A model generated the notes under the pieces. The model had not been told where the DNA came from, did no database searches, and saw nothing but the letters and a program-made list of their open reading frames with translations. From the human T2T-CHM13v2.0 reference genome, Homo sapiens, in NCBI RefSeq assembly GCF_009914755.1, contig NC_060930.1: DNA of 64,000 nucleotides; one strand, 5' to 3'. The translations under genes were made by a program, and so were the position numbers. Shown piece by piece: positions 43,845 through 56,903 of the stretch. Position 1 is the stretch's first letter; each line of letters starts with the position of its first letter.

Positions 43845-44070
43845 ATGATAGTATTCTTGAGCATTTATTTTGCATCCAGTCGCTCTATATGTATCCTTGC
43901 ATTTCATCTTCAAAAACTCCATGAATGAGGGATAACATTATTATTTTCACTTTACAGATGAAAAAAATGAGGTGCATGCTCCAGTTAGGTAACTTTCCCA
44001 GAAACACATAATTTGCAAATGGTGGAGCCAGGATGCAAATCCAGATGGAATAACTTTAGAGCGTATTAAT
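43845..44070 (-). mobile_element. MIR
   Basis: ttttacagatgaaaaaaatgagg..ttaggtaactt..ggtggagccaggat. Confidence 0.8.
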
Positions 44071-44194
44071 TAACTTGGATAGAAAGAGGCAACTTAAGAG
44101 GGGCATTATTTGGGGGCAAAGAAGATGGTCATATTTGAGACCTGACAAATATAAGAAGGTTGTAGGTTAAGTAAGTGAAGATAAGGAGGCAGAC

Positions 44195-44440
44195 AGCGTA
44201 GCACAGTGATAAAGAACATGGTTGTGAAATCAGACGTGGATTGAGATCTCACTCTGTCAATTATCACCTCTGACCAGAGGCAAATTACTTAATCTCTCTG
44301 GGCGTTACAGTACCTTATGTATAAAACAGAGATAACAATGGGGATGTTGGGAAGATTAAATGATAGAATTCCTATAAAACACTTGCAAAACAGATTGGTT
44401 GCCCTATACTCCATTTTCAATTAATGTTACTACTGTACTT
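44195..44440 (+). mobile_element. MIR
   Basis: agcgtagcacagtgataaaga..gggcaaattacttaatctctctg..gaagattaaatga. Confidence 0.8.
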
Positions 44441-44507
44441 ACTACTATTTTGAATAGGTTGTTAAAACATGAGTTTTGAATTCAGGGGAAAGTCCCCCCA
44501 AAAGTAT

Positions 44508-44878
44508 TGTCTTAGCTTATTCATTCAGGCTTCTACAACAAAATACCATAGAGTGGGAGGCTTATAAACAACAGAAATTTAACTCTCACAGTTGTAGAGG
44601 CTGGGAAGTCAAAGACCAATGTACCAGCAGATTCAATGTCTAATGAGGGCCCATTTTCTGACTGATAGGTGGCTGTCTCTTTTGCTGTGCTCTCTCATGG
44701 CATAATGGATGAGGGACATCTCTGGGGTCTGTTTTTAAGAGGACTAATCCCATTCACAAGGGCTTTGCTCTTATGACCCAAACACATTCCAAAGGACCCA
44801 TCTCTTAATATCGTCACTTTGGAGGCTACGATTTCAACATAGAAATTTTGAGGGGATATTAACAATCACTCCATTGCA
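44508..44878 (-). mobile_element. MLT1A0-type LTR
   Basis: tgtcttag..ccattgca; TSD agtat/ggtat. Confidence 0.88.
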
Positions 44879-45662
44879 GGTATCATCAAGGTATAGACAG
44901 TATTTGAGAACCTGGGAGCATAGAAAGCTATCTGGGATGATCAAGAAAGAATGAGAACAGACCTCTGAAAATACAAATTTAATTTGAAAGAGCTCACAAA
45001 AATTTATGCATTAAATAATAATATCAAAGCATAAAAAGCACAGATAAAATGATAGTACTCAAAATTAACATCTCTAAAATGTTTCCAGATTTAAAAGAAA
45101 AAAAAAATGCAGCTACAAAGGAATGAGCACAAAGCTAGCAAAAGAAATCTTATCATCAGCATGGCAGGTGGCACAGGAAGTGGAGGATAGGTGAGGGTGG
45201 CACCTTAATGCACTGAAGGAAAATTATTTTCAAGTTAAAATTTTATACCCAGCCAAAATATTGGTAAAATGTGATAGTAAAGGCATTTTTGGATATGCAA
45301 TGACTTCTCACATATCCTTTTATAAAGCATATATTAAGGATCTTTTCTAGAAAAATAAGGAACAAAATACAAAATAGAAATTCATAAAGAAAGAAATGGA
45401 ACAGGAAACAAAGCAATTCAATCAATCAAAAATTGTTTGTGGGAGGTGGGGAGAAGGATGAGAAAAGTTCAGGGAAAAGAAAATACAGAATGCAACCTAT
45501 TTAAAAAGAAAAACGTACAAGTAGATCAATAAAAGCAGAAAAAATTAATAAAAGTTAATATCCATTTTTGCTTAAAAAAACCCTTTTATCAAACTAAGAA
45601 ACAAAAAAATGTTATTTAATCTGATAGACGACATCTGCCAACAACCATAGTAAACATGATGC

Positions 45663-45829
45663 TTTTTTTTTTTTTTTTGAGACAGGGTCTTGCTCTGACA
45701 CCTAGGCTGGAGTGCAGTGGAGTGATCATAGCTCACTCCAGCTTCGAACTCCTGGCCTCATACAGTCTTCTCAGCCCAGCCTCCCAAAGCACTAGGATTA
45801 TAGGAGTGAGTGAGCTACTGCACTTGGTC
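45663..45829 (-). mobile_element. Alu monomer (left-arm 5' end fused to right-arm 3' end; AluJ/FRAM-like)
   Basis: Single ~165-bp arm; TSD-like atgat(g/t)ctt. Confidence 0.75.
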
Positions 45830-46351
45830 ATGATTCTTAATAATGGGGAGTGGTAGACATTTCCTTTATAGTCATGAAAAATGCTACAAGCCCATGTCAC
45901 CTCTTTTTTCTGGGTATAGCCAGTGAAAGACAAAGAAAACAAATTATAAGTACCAGAAGGAAAGAAAACAACCTTTAATATCTACTGGTTATTTGACTAT
46001 TAAAAAGAAAAAGAAAGAATATACAACTAGATTCTTAGAATTAATAAGAATAGTATAGTAGCTAAGGTCATAAAGTAGAAAACAAGAAAGACAAGGAAAA
46101 AGAGACAGAAACACAGAGGGAGTCAGACATTGAAATTCACTTCCTTTAACATATGTCAGATCGAGTAGACAAATATTGATATAGAAGGTTTACATAATGT
46201 GAATAATAAAGTTGCTATGATTTACATATTAAATTCTGCACTCTGAAATAGATAATATATATTCAGTTTTCCATGGTATCATTATAAAAATTTATCATAC
46301 GTCATGCCATATGGAAAACCTTAATACATTTCAAAAAGTACAGAAAACAAC

Positions 46352-46761
46352 TCTGTTAGTCAGCTTAGGCTGCTGTACCACAGGACCATAGGCCGGGAGG
46401 TTTAAACAGCAGCCATTTATTTCTTAAAGTTGTGGAGGTTGAGAAGTCCAAGATCAAGACGCCTGCTGATTCAGTTCCTGGTGAGAACTCTCTTTCTAGT
46501 TTGCAGATGGCCATCCTCTTGCTGTGTCCTCAAATGGCAGAGTGAGACAGAGAGAGGGAGAGAGGAAGGAAGAGAGAGAGCACATGCTAACTCTCTGGTA
46601 GCTTCTTATAAGGACACTAATCCCATCATGAAGACCCCACATTCCAGACCTCAAATAAACCTAATTATTTTCCAAAGCCTCCACCTCCAAATACTATCAC
46701 GTTGGAGATTAGAGCTTCAACATAGAAAGTTTGGGAGGACACATATTTATAGTCCATAACA
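46352..46761 (-). mobile_element. MLT1A-type LTR
   Basis: agaagtccaagatcaag..tcttataaggacactaatcccatcatg..gtccataaca. Confidence 0.88.
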
Positions 46762-47314
46762 ACATTTTCTAATCATAATGCAATAAAACTAGAAATTAAT
46801 AACAAACATCTAAAAATTTAACTGTTCATGGAAAAATGTAAACATTCTCCTTTAAACGACTCTTGGATAAAAGAGGAAATTGGAGCTGGATATGCAGAAT
46901 ACCGAGGAAATACTAATAAAGCAGACAGTACCTATAAGAAGCTATGGCATATAGCCAGAGACCACACTCAAAGGAAAATGTATAGCATTAAATACCTCAA
47001 CTGAAATTATAAATTAAAAACTAAATCAAAAATTCAGAGAAAATACTAAATAATCCAAATGAAACAATAAATGCAACAATAAAAGGAGACAAAAGGAAGA
47101 AATAATCAGATAAAGCGGATACAAATAAGTTAGAAAACCAAAAAAATTCATAGGCTTAAAAAGTTAATCATAGTTTTTTTTGAAAAATGTATGTAACATC
47201 AACTAATCTAATTAAGGAATAATGAGATAGTGATGAGGTAGGGGGCAGGAGAGAAGTGGAAAAACGTGCCAACCAACCCAGTATAAATTTTTATGTAGAA
47301 ATAACCATGAAATT

Positions 47315-47641
<327 letters not shown>

Positions 47642-47758
47642 TTAGAAAACAATCATCGGTTACTTTTTTTCAATGGTTTACAAATATGTGAACATCTTAT
47701 TAAAATGGACACAGGTCTTAGGAATTATAAACAGAAATTTCCATAGATTTTTATAGAA

Positions 47759-48088
<330 letters not shown>

Positions 48089-48411
48089 TCAAATATCCCA
48101 GGCCAGAATGATTTCATTTTGAATTCTACCAAAACTTTTCAGAAGAGATTATTCCAGCACCATTTAAACTGATCCAGGAAGTAAGAAAATGAAGTAAAGG
48201 TTCCAAAACTTTTTTTTAGTATATTAATAAAGCTAAGAAAAAAATTGTGAATATCTCTGTATATGCTAAAACAGAATTTGATAAATTTAAACAATTTTTT
48301 ATTTCAAAACAATCCATCTTTTTTTAACATGACACATTACACTTTCATTTCAGCATTCAAAGCCACTCTTATGCTTGATGGAAAACTTTAGACACATTCA
48401 TGTTAGAGTCA

Positions 48412-48918
<507 letters not shown>

Positions 48919-48983
48919 TTAACTGTTGTAATGAAAAAGAAATGCCATTTATAATTACAATAAAAAGATAAGATTTCTTCAAC

Positions 48984-49087
48984 TGAACCTGGGTGGGGAG
49001 GTTGCAGTGAGCCAAGATCACTGCATTGCACTCCAGCCCAGGCAATAAGAGTGAAACTCTGCCTCAAAAAAAAAAAAAAAAAAAAAA
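48984..49087 (+). mobile_element. 5'-truncated Alu (3' ~80 bp plus polyA)
   Basis: TSD-like agataagatt on both sides. Confidence 0.85.
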
Positions 49088-50668
49088 TAGATAAGATTAT
49101 TAGGAATATACAGAATAAACTCCTAGATGAGAAACACCAAACAGACTTTAAAAACATGTAAAGACACACCTTGTCCTTCCCTTGAGAGATGCAACATTGT
49201 AGAGATATATCAGGTCTCCATGAGTTTATTTATAAAATTAATGTGATTCCAGTGAAACAATATTAGGATTTTCTTTTTGGAACTAGAAAACTGATTCAAA
49301 GTTTTGGAGTTTCAGGGACTCACAGAAAAAGAAAAGAAATAGTGAAAGGCGGAGGCCAAGCTTATCAGATATTAAAACATAACACAGAGCGTTAACAATT
49401 AAAGCAGTGTGGTAGTGATGCCTAGATAGACCTATCAATGAAACAGAAAACCCAGAAACAACACCGATGCATCTGGCTCAATACTACATAAAATGCAGAG
49501 AAGATTTCAAATCTTCAGGGAAGAGATAGGCTAATAAAATATTAGTGATCCAGATTCATAACTCTTACTTACTAAACTTTGATATGTTTCCAAGGAATCA
49601 AATGTTTAAAAGAAAACATGAAACAATACAATCACTAGAAAAAACAAGGACTAATTTGTTATGAGCTTAGAATGAAAAAGATCTTTCAAACTATGATTCA
49701 AAAACCACATAAAGAAATCATAAAGGAAAAAATTGATAAATTTGCATATTTGAATATTAAAATAAAAAACTTCTAGATGAAATTAAACAACTACAAAATT
49801 CATCAGTGACAAACTAGTACTAGACAAACAAATACTAGACAAACTAGTAACAATAATTGCAGCTGACACAGCAGACAAAATTCAATAATTCTTCCTAATA
49901 TATGAAAACCTCCTAGAAATTGGAGGGAAAAAACCCGATAATCAAATAGAAAACTGGATAAATCAAATAGAAAATTGGATAAATGTGCACAGAGAGTTCA
50001 TGAAAAAGATGCTAGATGTTTAACCTTATTTACAATAAAAGAAATGTGAATAAGAGATGCCAATTTTAACATACAAAATTAGCAAAAGTGCAAAAGTTAA
50101 ATAACATATTCTGTTGACAAGGCCATGGAATCAGGGATTCCCATATGTTTCTGGTAGGAGTACAAAGTCTTAGAAATCTGCTGGAGGACAATTTGGCAAT
50201 ATCTATCAATGTTAATCATATATATATATAAAAACATACATTTCATACGTGTGAAATTACATATACCAAACAATGTTTGTAGCACTGTTTCTCATACCAA
50301 ATATTGGAAATAACTTAATAATAGACAAATGAATTCATCCATAGTGGACAAGTTAAATACTCTATGGTACATTCCATATAATAGAACAGAGCTGAAAATA
50401 AAAATAAGAAAGCTCTTCCTATAGACTGACATGGAAATACCTTCTGGGAATATAAAGTGAAGAGGCAAGGAACAGTGGATACAGTATGGTATATTGTGGT
50501 GGGTGGCAGGAAAGGAGGAAAAATAAGAGTATATTTGAATTTGCTTATCTGTTCAGAAAGAAATGTTGGAAGGACACAAAAAATAATTACCATGGCTACT
50601 TGAGAACAGGAACAGCAAAGTAGGATCTGCTCAGTTGTTAAATAAGGATTAGAAGGAGATGGCCACTT

Positions 50669-51253
50669 CGATTCCTCACGGATCTAGAACTAGAAATACC
50701 ATTTGACCCAGCCATCCCATTACTGGGTATATACCCAAAGGACTATAAATCATGCTGCTATAAAGACACATGCACACGTATGTTTATTGCGGCTCTATTC
50801 ACAATAGCAAAGACTTGGAACCAACCCAAATGTCCAACAATGATAGACTGGATTAAGAAAATGTGGCACATATACACCATGGAATACTATGCAGCCATAA
50901 AAAATGATGAGTTCATGTCCTTTGTAGGGACATGGATGAAATTGGAAATCATCATTCTCAGTAAACTATTGCAAGAACAAAAAACCAAACACCGCATATT
51001 CTCACTCATAGGTGGGAATCGAACAATGAGAACATATGGACACAGGAAGGGGGATATCACACTCTGGGGACTGTTGTTGGGTGTGGGGAGGGGGGAGGGA
51101 TAGCATTAGGAGATATACCTAATGCTAAATGACGAGTTAATGGGTGCAGCACACCAGCATGGCACATGTATACATATGTAACTAACCTGCACATTGTGCA
51201 CATGTACCCTAAAACGTAAAGTATAATAATAAAAATAAAATAAAATTTTAAAA
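50669..51253 (+). mobile_element. Young L1PA (L1PA3-like) 3' end
   Basis: ORF2 C-terminus MFIAALFTIAKTWNQPKCPTMIDWIKKMW..IFSLIGGN; young-type diagnostics aaattggaaatcatc, caagaacaaaaa, cgcatattc. Confidence 0.92.
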
Positions 51254-51650
51254 AAAGAAAATGTGGCACATATACACCATGGAATACTACGCAGCCATAA
51301 AAAAAGGATGAGCTCATGCCCTTTGCAGGGACATGGATGAAGCTGGAAGCCATCATTCTCAGCAAACTAACACAGGAACAGAAAACCAAACACCGCATGT
51401 TCTCACTCATAAGTGGGAGGTGAACAATGAGAACACATGGACACAGGGAGGAGAATATCACACACCAAGGGTCTGTTGGGGGTGGGAGACTAGGGGAGGG
51501 ATAGCATTGGGAGAAATACTTAATGTAGATGATGGGTTGATGGGTACAGCAAACCTCCATGGCACATGTATACCTATGTAACAAACCTGCACATTCTGCA
51601 CATGTATCCCAGAACTTAAAGCATAATAAAAAATAATAATTAAAAAAAAA
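51254..51650 (+). mobile_element. Older L1PA (L1PA7-like) 3' end
   Basis: gaagctggaagccatc, ctaacacaggaacag, aatgtagatgatgggttg; shares TSD agaaggagatggc(c/a)actt with the preceding L1. Confidence 0.9.
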
Positions 51651-51903
51651 AGAAGGAGATGGCAACTTAAACATGTAAATCACATAAAGGTATTACTTAT
51701 TCAAAAAACTTAAAACCAAATATAGTAATACACATGTGATAAATGTTACGTCTGAGGTATAGCAAGTGCCAGGGAGAAGGTGATGAGCGGACATTCAATT
51801 ATGTTAGGTGGTAGGGAAACTTGCAGAGATAAAATCGTAATAGTACTGGTACTGGGTCTAGAATGTTGAGTAGAAACCCACCAGGAATACAGGGTAGCAG
51901 GAG

Positions 51904-52565
51904 TGTGGGGTCAGGGGAAAACTTTTCCTTCAATCTCTGAAGGTTTGGTGAAAATCACTGAAGAAAGGCAGATTAACAGGAGAAAAGGCATACACACTTA
52001 TTTGATCTTGTTTTATGTGACACAGGAGACTTCAGAATGAAGACCCAAAGGTAGAGGGGGAAATTGTCCATTTTTATACTTAGGATCAACAAAGTATGGA
52101 CAGCCCTGTAGAAATATAATTAGACAAAAAGGGTATGATGTAATGCTAATAGACTGTGAGGAAGCCCAGCAAGGCCGGTTTAGATCCTTCCTGGACTCTG
52201 TGCAGTACTCCATCGTTCCATCTGGGCATGGGGCAGGACCTTCTCTGGAATGGGAGTGTTATGACCTACACTTAAACCAGGTAGGTCAGATAATTTCTAT
52301 ACGGTTTACACAGAAAGGCTGGAGGGGAGCTGGGGGAAGTAGAAACAATATTTGATGCTTTGTGGCTGGCTTTGGGGAAAGGGATTCTGGTTTCCATGAC
52401 CTGCCTTGAGGAAGAGGGAGTCTAGTACGCATGGCCAGCCTGGCGGTGGTGGGGAGGAGGAGATGGGTGGAAATGAAGGTCCAGAGACAGGAGGTTTGGA
52501 GAAGGTCAGAGAGAGAGCTGCTTCTGAGGACTTCATTTTGCAGTAACATTTTCTGAGACCCTGCA
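51904..52565 (-). mobile_element. MER39-like ERV1 solo LTR
   Basis: Reverse complement matches the LTR at 56904-57572 (e.g. aacaaagtatggacagcc / ggctgtccatactttgtt). Confidence 0.82.
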
Positions 52566-52584
52566 AATGAAAATGCATTTCAGA

Positions 52585-53016
52585 TGTCAAAAGACAAAAT
52601 TACAATAAATTTAAAGATTTTAATTGGATTTTATTTGTGATTCTAGAACTTGTCAATAGCTCATTCCATAAAATAGCATGAATGTTCTGATGACCTTAAC
52701 AGAGAGGCTTGACTTTATAGTGACAGAAAAGAGCTGAGGAAAGCAGAAACAGAACAAAAGCGGATTGGTCATTTCAAAATTAATTTCCTTGTAAAGGTTA
52801 ACAGACAGGATACTTCCTTATCATGCCAGCTGGAACAGGCCTATTTGAGGTTGTATCTATTATCTCTTCTGATTTTTTGGAAGGTCAGATAAACAACTTA
52901 GTTTTGCCTTGGTGGCAGGGAACTTCAGCACGAGTAACCCCATTTTGGTTTGGTCTATTTGGCCTAGTGCAAGAGCTTTGCTCAAACCAATGGCCTCCTA
53001 TCAATTTTACTTAACA
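52585..53016 (-). mobile_element. MER67-like ERV1 solo LTR
   Basis: tgtcaaaagacaaaattacaa..ttaaca; TSD caga/cagt. Confidence 0.7.
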
Positions 53017-53935
53017 CAGTCATTCAGGCTGAAGCAAAAACGTATATAAACATGACGGCATTGGTAGAAGCTGAAGATTTTCCAGCCTGACACTGCCCAT
53101 GGATCCTGCCATGATTAAGTGGCCCTCAGTCTCTCTATAATGAACCAAGTAGAAAGTCCACCTCACATTAGAAATGTCAGTCTGTGAGTTCATTTCTCAT
53201 TCTTGTGGGATGAATATCAAAAGTTAGATCTTTATTCATATTCAAGTTATAATATTAGTGTATGAGTGTATCAAATTCTGTCTACAAAATTAACAAAATT
53301 AGCCCTTTGTTGCTAACAACTGTGCTGAGCTCTTTTGCCAAGGGTGTGAGAAATTCAAGGCCGAACAATCTTTATTTTCCCTCTGGTTCGCTTTTGTGAT
53401 GGTTAGCAAATATTTAACAAATGATGGAATCAGTCCCAAATTATGGAATTATCTTTCATCCTTCTTCAAATTACACACAAAATGTCTCACCAAATTCCAC
53501 CCATCTGCTTTCTAAAATTTTTCTATCACTTGCCCCACCTTTGCCCATTTCCACTGTTACTACCTTCTTTCACTATGGCAAAGATCCCATCCAGACCCTT
53601 CTCTCCTTTTTCTCATCCAGATTCATCATTTCCTAAGGCATTTCTGTTTCTCAGGTTTCTTCACCTTCATTCTGAGGACACTGTCACAGGAAATTGTAAG
53701 GAATATTGGCAAACCTACTAGGCTTAAGAATTTTTCGGAGGCATCCAGTTACTCTTTAAGGCACTTTCTCAATTCTCTTCCAGGACATATTTTTTTTTTT
53801 TTTCCTGTATTGACTGTCAAACAGTGCCAGTAATTTTAATACGACATAAACTTGGAGTCCATTGCTACAAAATACGTCACAATTCGAGTAGGGAATTCAG
53901 GTAGAGCTAAAGTTCCCTTTTTACTTCATATACAG

Positions 53936-53937
<2 letters not shown>

Positions 53938-53972
<35 letters not shown>
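53938..53972. repeat. T35 homopolymer inside the pseudogene
   Basis: Direct reading. Confidence 0.95.
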
Positions 53973-53975
<3 letters not shown>

Positions 53976-55066
53976 AAACAAATCAACAGTATCATCAAGA
54001 CTGCCTGGGTAATTTGTAGGCTATTTAAGAGAACAAATTGTTTTCAAGCATTCGTAGGCAGTGTAGAAGAATCTATTTACATTCAAATTATTCGCTAATT
54101 ACAAATCATTATTAGCTATTAACTAAGAAAAGCCACTTAAAGACAACTACTAAGCAACATTTTGTTAGACTGGTTCTATTTCTGGGGACTGGAACATGAT
54201 AAAACTGAGGTTAAAAATACTTTGGAATCCATTTTTTATTTCCTCAATTCAAACACACCTCTTCTTATTTCTACCAGGCCAAATGCTTGTGGTTTTATTG
54301 GACCTGCAAAATATCTGCATACAGAATAATATATACAAGAGAAAGCGATAAAACTGAATTTGAGAAGTTAGATCCCGCAAGGTTACTCCCCAACTAGACT
54401 ATTTCTCTGGATTTTTTTTAAAGCCTATAATCAAGGCGGTAGAACAACACAATCCCAGAAGAGACAGCTGCAGAGGAAGCAGGGATAAGCATTTGTTTTT
54501 ACTTTGAAAACATGAGCTCACTGCCAACAGGTTTTGGGCTCCTGTACAAGTCTTTCCAGAATTACACAATGATTTCAGTACAGAAGAAGAAATGATGGCC
54601 AAAATTACCTTTGATTTAGCACATAGTTTTTTCAAGTCTCAACAGACAAAAGTCAAAATAGATGTCCTATCATCTACTGTAGAGATCAACTTAATGGAAG
54701 AAGGAAAAGAGCTCTGCCTTAATCCCTATGATTCTGTTCCAGAGCGGTATGAGCCCAGCTGATTTCAGTGCAGTGCAGCAGTATCTTTGGTTCCATGTCA
54801 TGGTAAACACATAGGAACACCAGCAAAATTCTGGTTTTGACACCCTTAATCCCTCCAGTGGCATTCATCATTCTTAGAGAATTGGTGGAAAATTGTGAGA
54901 GTGAATTCTTTATGCAAGTGGTTTGCAAACTGTAGTACTCTCTAGATGTCAGGTGAGATTATTACTGCCTGCAAATGGACACTACTAAATATATAAACCC
55001 AGAATGATCTTCTCAGGTGGTTGTACAAAGACACGTCAAGATATTTTTTAAAAAGAGAAGGCAATA

Positions 55067-55351
55067 GTCCAGGCACAGTGGCTCACGCCTGTAATCCCAG
55101 CACTTTGTGAGGCTGAGGCGGGCGGATCACGAGGTCAGGAGATTGAGACCGTCCTGGCTAATACGGTGAAACCCCATCTCTACTAAAAATACAAAAAAAT
55201 TAGCCGGGCATGGTGGCAGGCACCTGGAGTCCCAGCTACTCGGGAGGCTGAGGCAGAAGAATGGCATGAACTCGGTAGGGCGGAGCTTGCAGTGAGCCGA
55301 GATCGCGCCACTGCAGAGCGAGACAACATCTCCAAAAAAAAAAAAAAAAAA
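55067..55351 (+). mobile_element. AluY with 3' internal deletion
   Basis: gtcctggctaatacgg, gaatggc, ggagcttgcag; exact TSD aaaagagaaggcaata (55051-66, 55352-67). Confidence 0.95.
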
Positions 55352-56308
55352 AAAAGAGAAGGCAATATGTGCTCCATAAACACATATAAGTAATCTCCAA
55401 TGTTTCTGTTTCTGTGTAGAGTAGTGGATTCACAGGTTTTTAATATGCTTTTAAGGCAAAGAATCAAGGAACCAAATAGTACCATGTATGAGATTAACAA
55501 AACCTGCCATAAATGAAGAATGATGATTCATCTAATTCTGTACACCAGATATGTTAGCAAACAGTCCCTCCAAATATGTTAGCAAATTTAAAGAGGGCAT
55601 TTTTACTCTGATCAGCTAACTTTCAACTGAGCTCAGTAAAGTCATTAGTGTCTGACAGCTGACAATATGCATTTGAATTTCTTGAGTCTTTAACTCTCCT
55701 ACCAGAGAGCCCATGCTTCACTATGTTCCCCAAGTAGATCAGCAGTTGTAATAAAATACAAGGCCTTCACAGGGGCACTATAAACAGGAACCTACCTAAT
55801 GAATGTGCGAACTGTTCGGTATCCGAAGGCATTATTAGCTTTCTGTTTGTTCTTTAGTATGATAATAGAAGACCCTGTGAACTCAGTCATGTTGATCAAG
55901 AAAAAACTATTTAATGAAGTAATGCATTAAGCCAGTTGTTTGGCATAATTTAGCAAAAGAAATATTTGAACAAACGACCACTATTTAAAAAAATATTTCA
56001 ATGGTTTCTATTGACAGTAGACTTTGTGCTATTTAGCCTACTGGTCATTATTGGCCAAATACTAACACCATGCATCTATGAGCCTCTATTAGGGACATTT
56101 TATTTTTTAAAGGATAGTGTAACATCTATCTGCTATGTAACAGAGTTCTTACAACCCCTCCAAATGCATCCTGCTTGGCTGTTTGCTGCCATGTTTAAAC
56201 AGCAAAACCAAAACTTGGAGGTGCTTTTATTTCCCCCACTTTGCCTAGATGGCCTGACATTAAAAAAAAGTGACCCTCAAAATAACTGGGAATCTGCCCT
56301 ATTTAAGA

Positions 56309-56665
56309 GGTGATAGCCCATTTTCATACTGCTTTGAAGAAATATCTGAGACTGGGTAATTTATAGAGAAAAAGAGGTTTAATAGACTCACAGTTTCACA
56401 TGGCTGGGGAGGCCTCATAATCATGGCGGAAGGTGAAGGAGGAGCAAAGGCATGTCTTACATAGCAGCAGCAAGAGAGCTTGTGCAGGGGAACTGCCCTT
56501 TATAAAACCATCAGATCTGATGAAGCTTATTCACTATTACAAGATGGGAAAAACCTGCCCCCATGATTCAATTACCTCCCATGGCGTCCCTCCCATCACA
56601 CGTGGGGATTATAGGAGCTACAATTCAAGCTAAGATTTGGGTGGGGACACAGCCAAACCATATTA
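56309..56665 (-). mobile_element. THE1 (C/D-type) MaLR LTR
   Basis: gagactgggtaatttata..gactcacagtt..gggacacagccaaaccatat. Confidence 0.9.
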
Positions 56666-56903
56666 GGTGACATTATTTTTATCTGAGTCATTTATGTCAA
56701 ATTTCCATGCAAATTCTAAGACATTCCTTTATATTAACTTTCATAATATTACACAATATGTAATGTTAACTCACTTCCATAGGTGGCTGGAATGATAATG
56801 GACAATTTTTTTGGAGATTGTTCTATTGAAATATTGTGAAATAGGTGAGGGAAGTAAGAAAAATCATGAAACAGGAAACAAACAAATGTACCCTTCCGGT
56901 TGT

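Larger units (their letters stand above)
53655..55450 (+). pseudogene. Decayed multi-RGS-domain coding exon (RGS22/RGSL1-like family), with frameshifts, stops and an AluY
   Basis: Acceptor TTTCTGTTTCTCAG|G at 53654/5; colinear RGS motifs WVICRLFK, SIYIQ, AIN/LRKAT*RQLLSNI, TEVKNTLESIF/FPQFKHTSSY; 84 stop-free codons 54508-54759 with FWAPVQVFPEL..EEEMMAKIT..SFFKS..VKIDV; TTKYINPE*SSQVVV; E*WIHRFLI. Hand translation, no search run. Confidence 0.65.

Noticed and set aside
51057-51683. Longest ORF in the track (208 aa, minus strand)
   Set aside because: Antisense of two L1 3' ends.
54147-54173. LLSNILLDW as a kinase catalytic-loop motif
   Set aside because: No HRD, DFG or other kinase subdomains; the context fits an RGS helix better.
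53655-55450. Endogenous bornavirus-like or other viral insert; or naming it RGS22/RGSL1
   Set aside because: No resemblance to recalled bornavirus N. Similarity to RGS22/RGSL1 is motif-level only, so no gene symbol is assigned.
55966-56313. 115-aa ORF downstream of the RGS-like region
   Set aside because: TTG start, no recognisable motif, runs into the THE1 LTR; could not be linked to the pseudogene.
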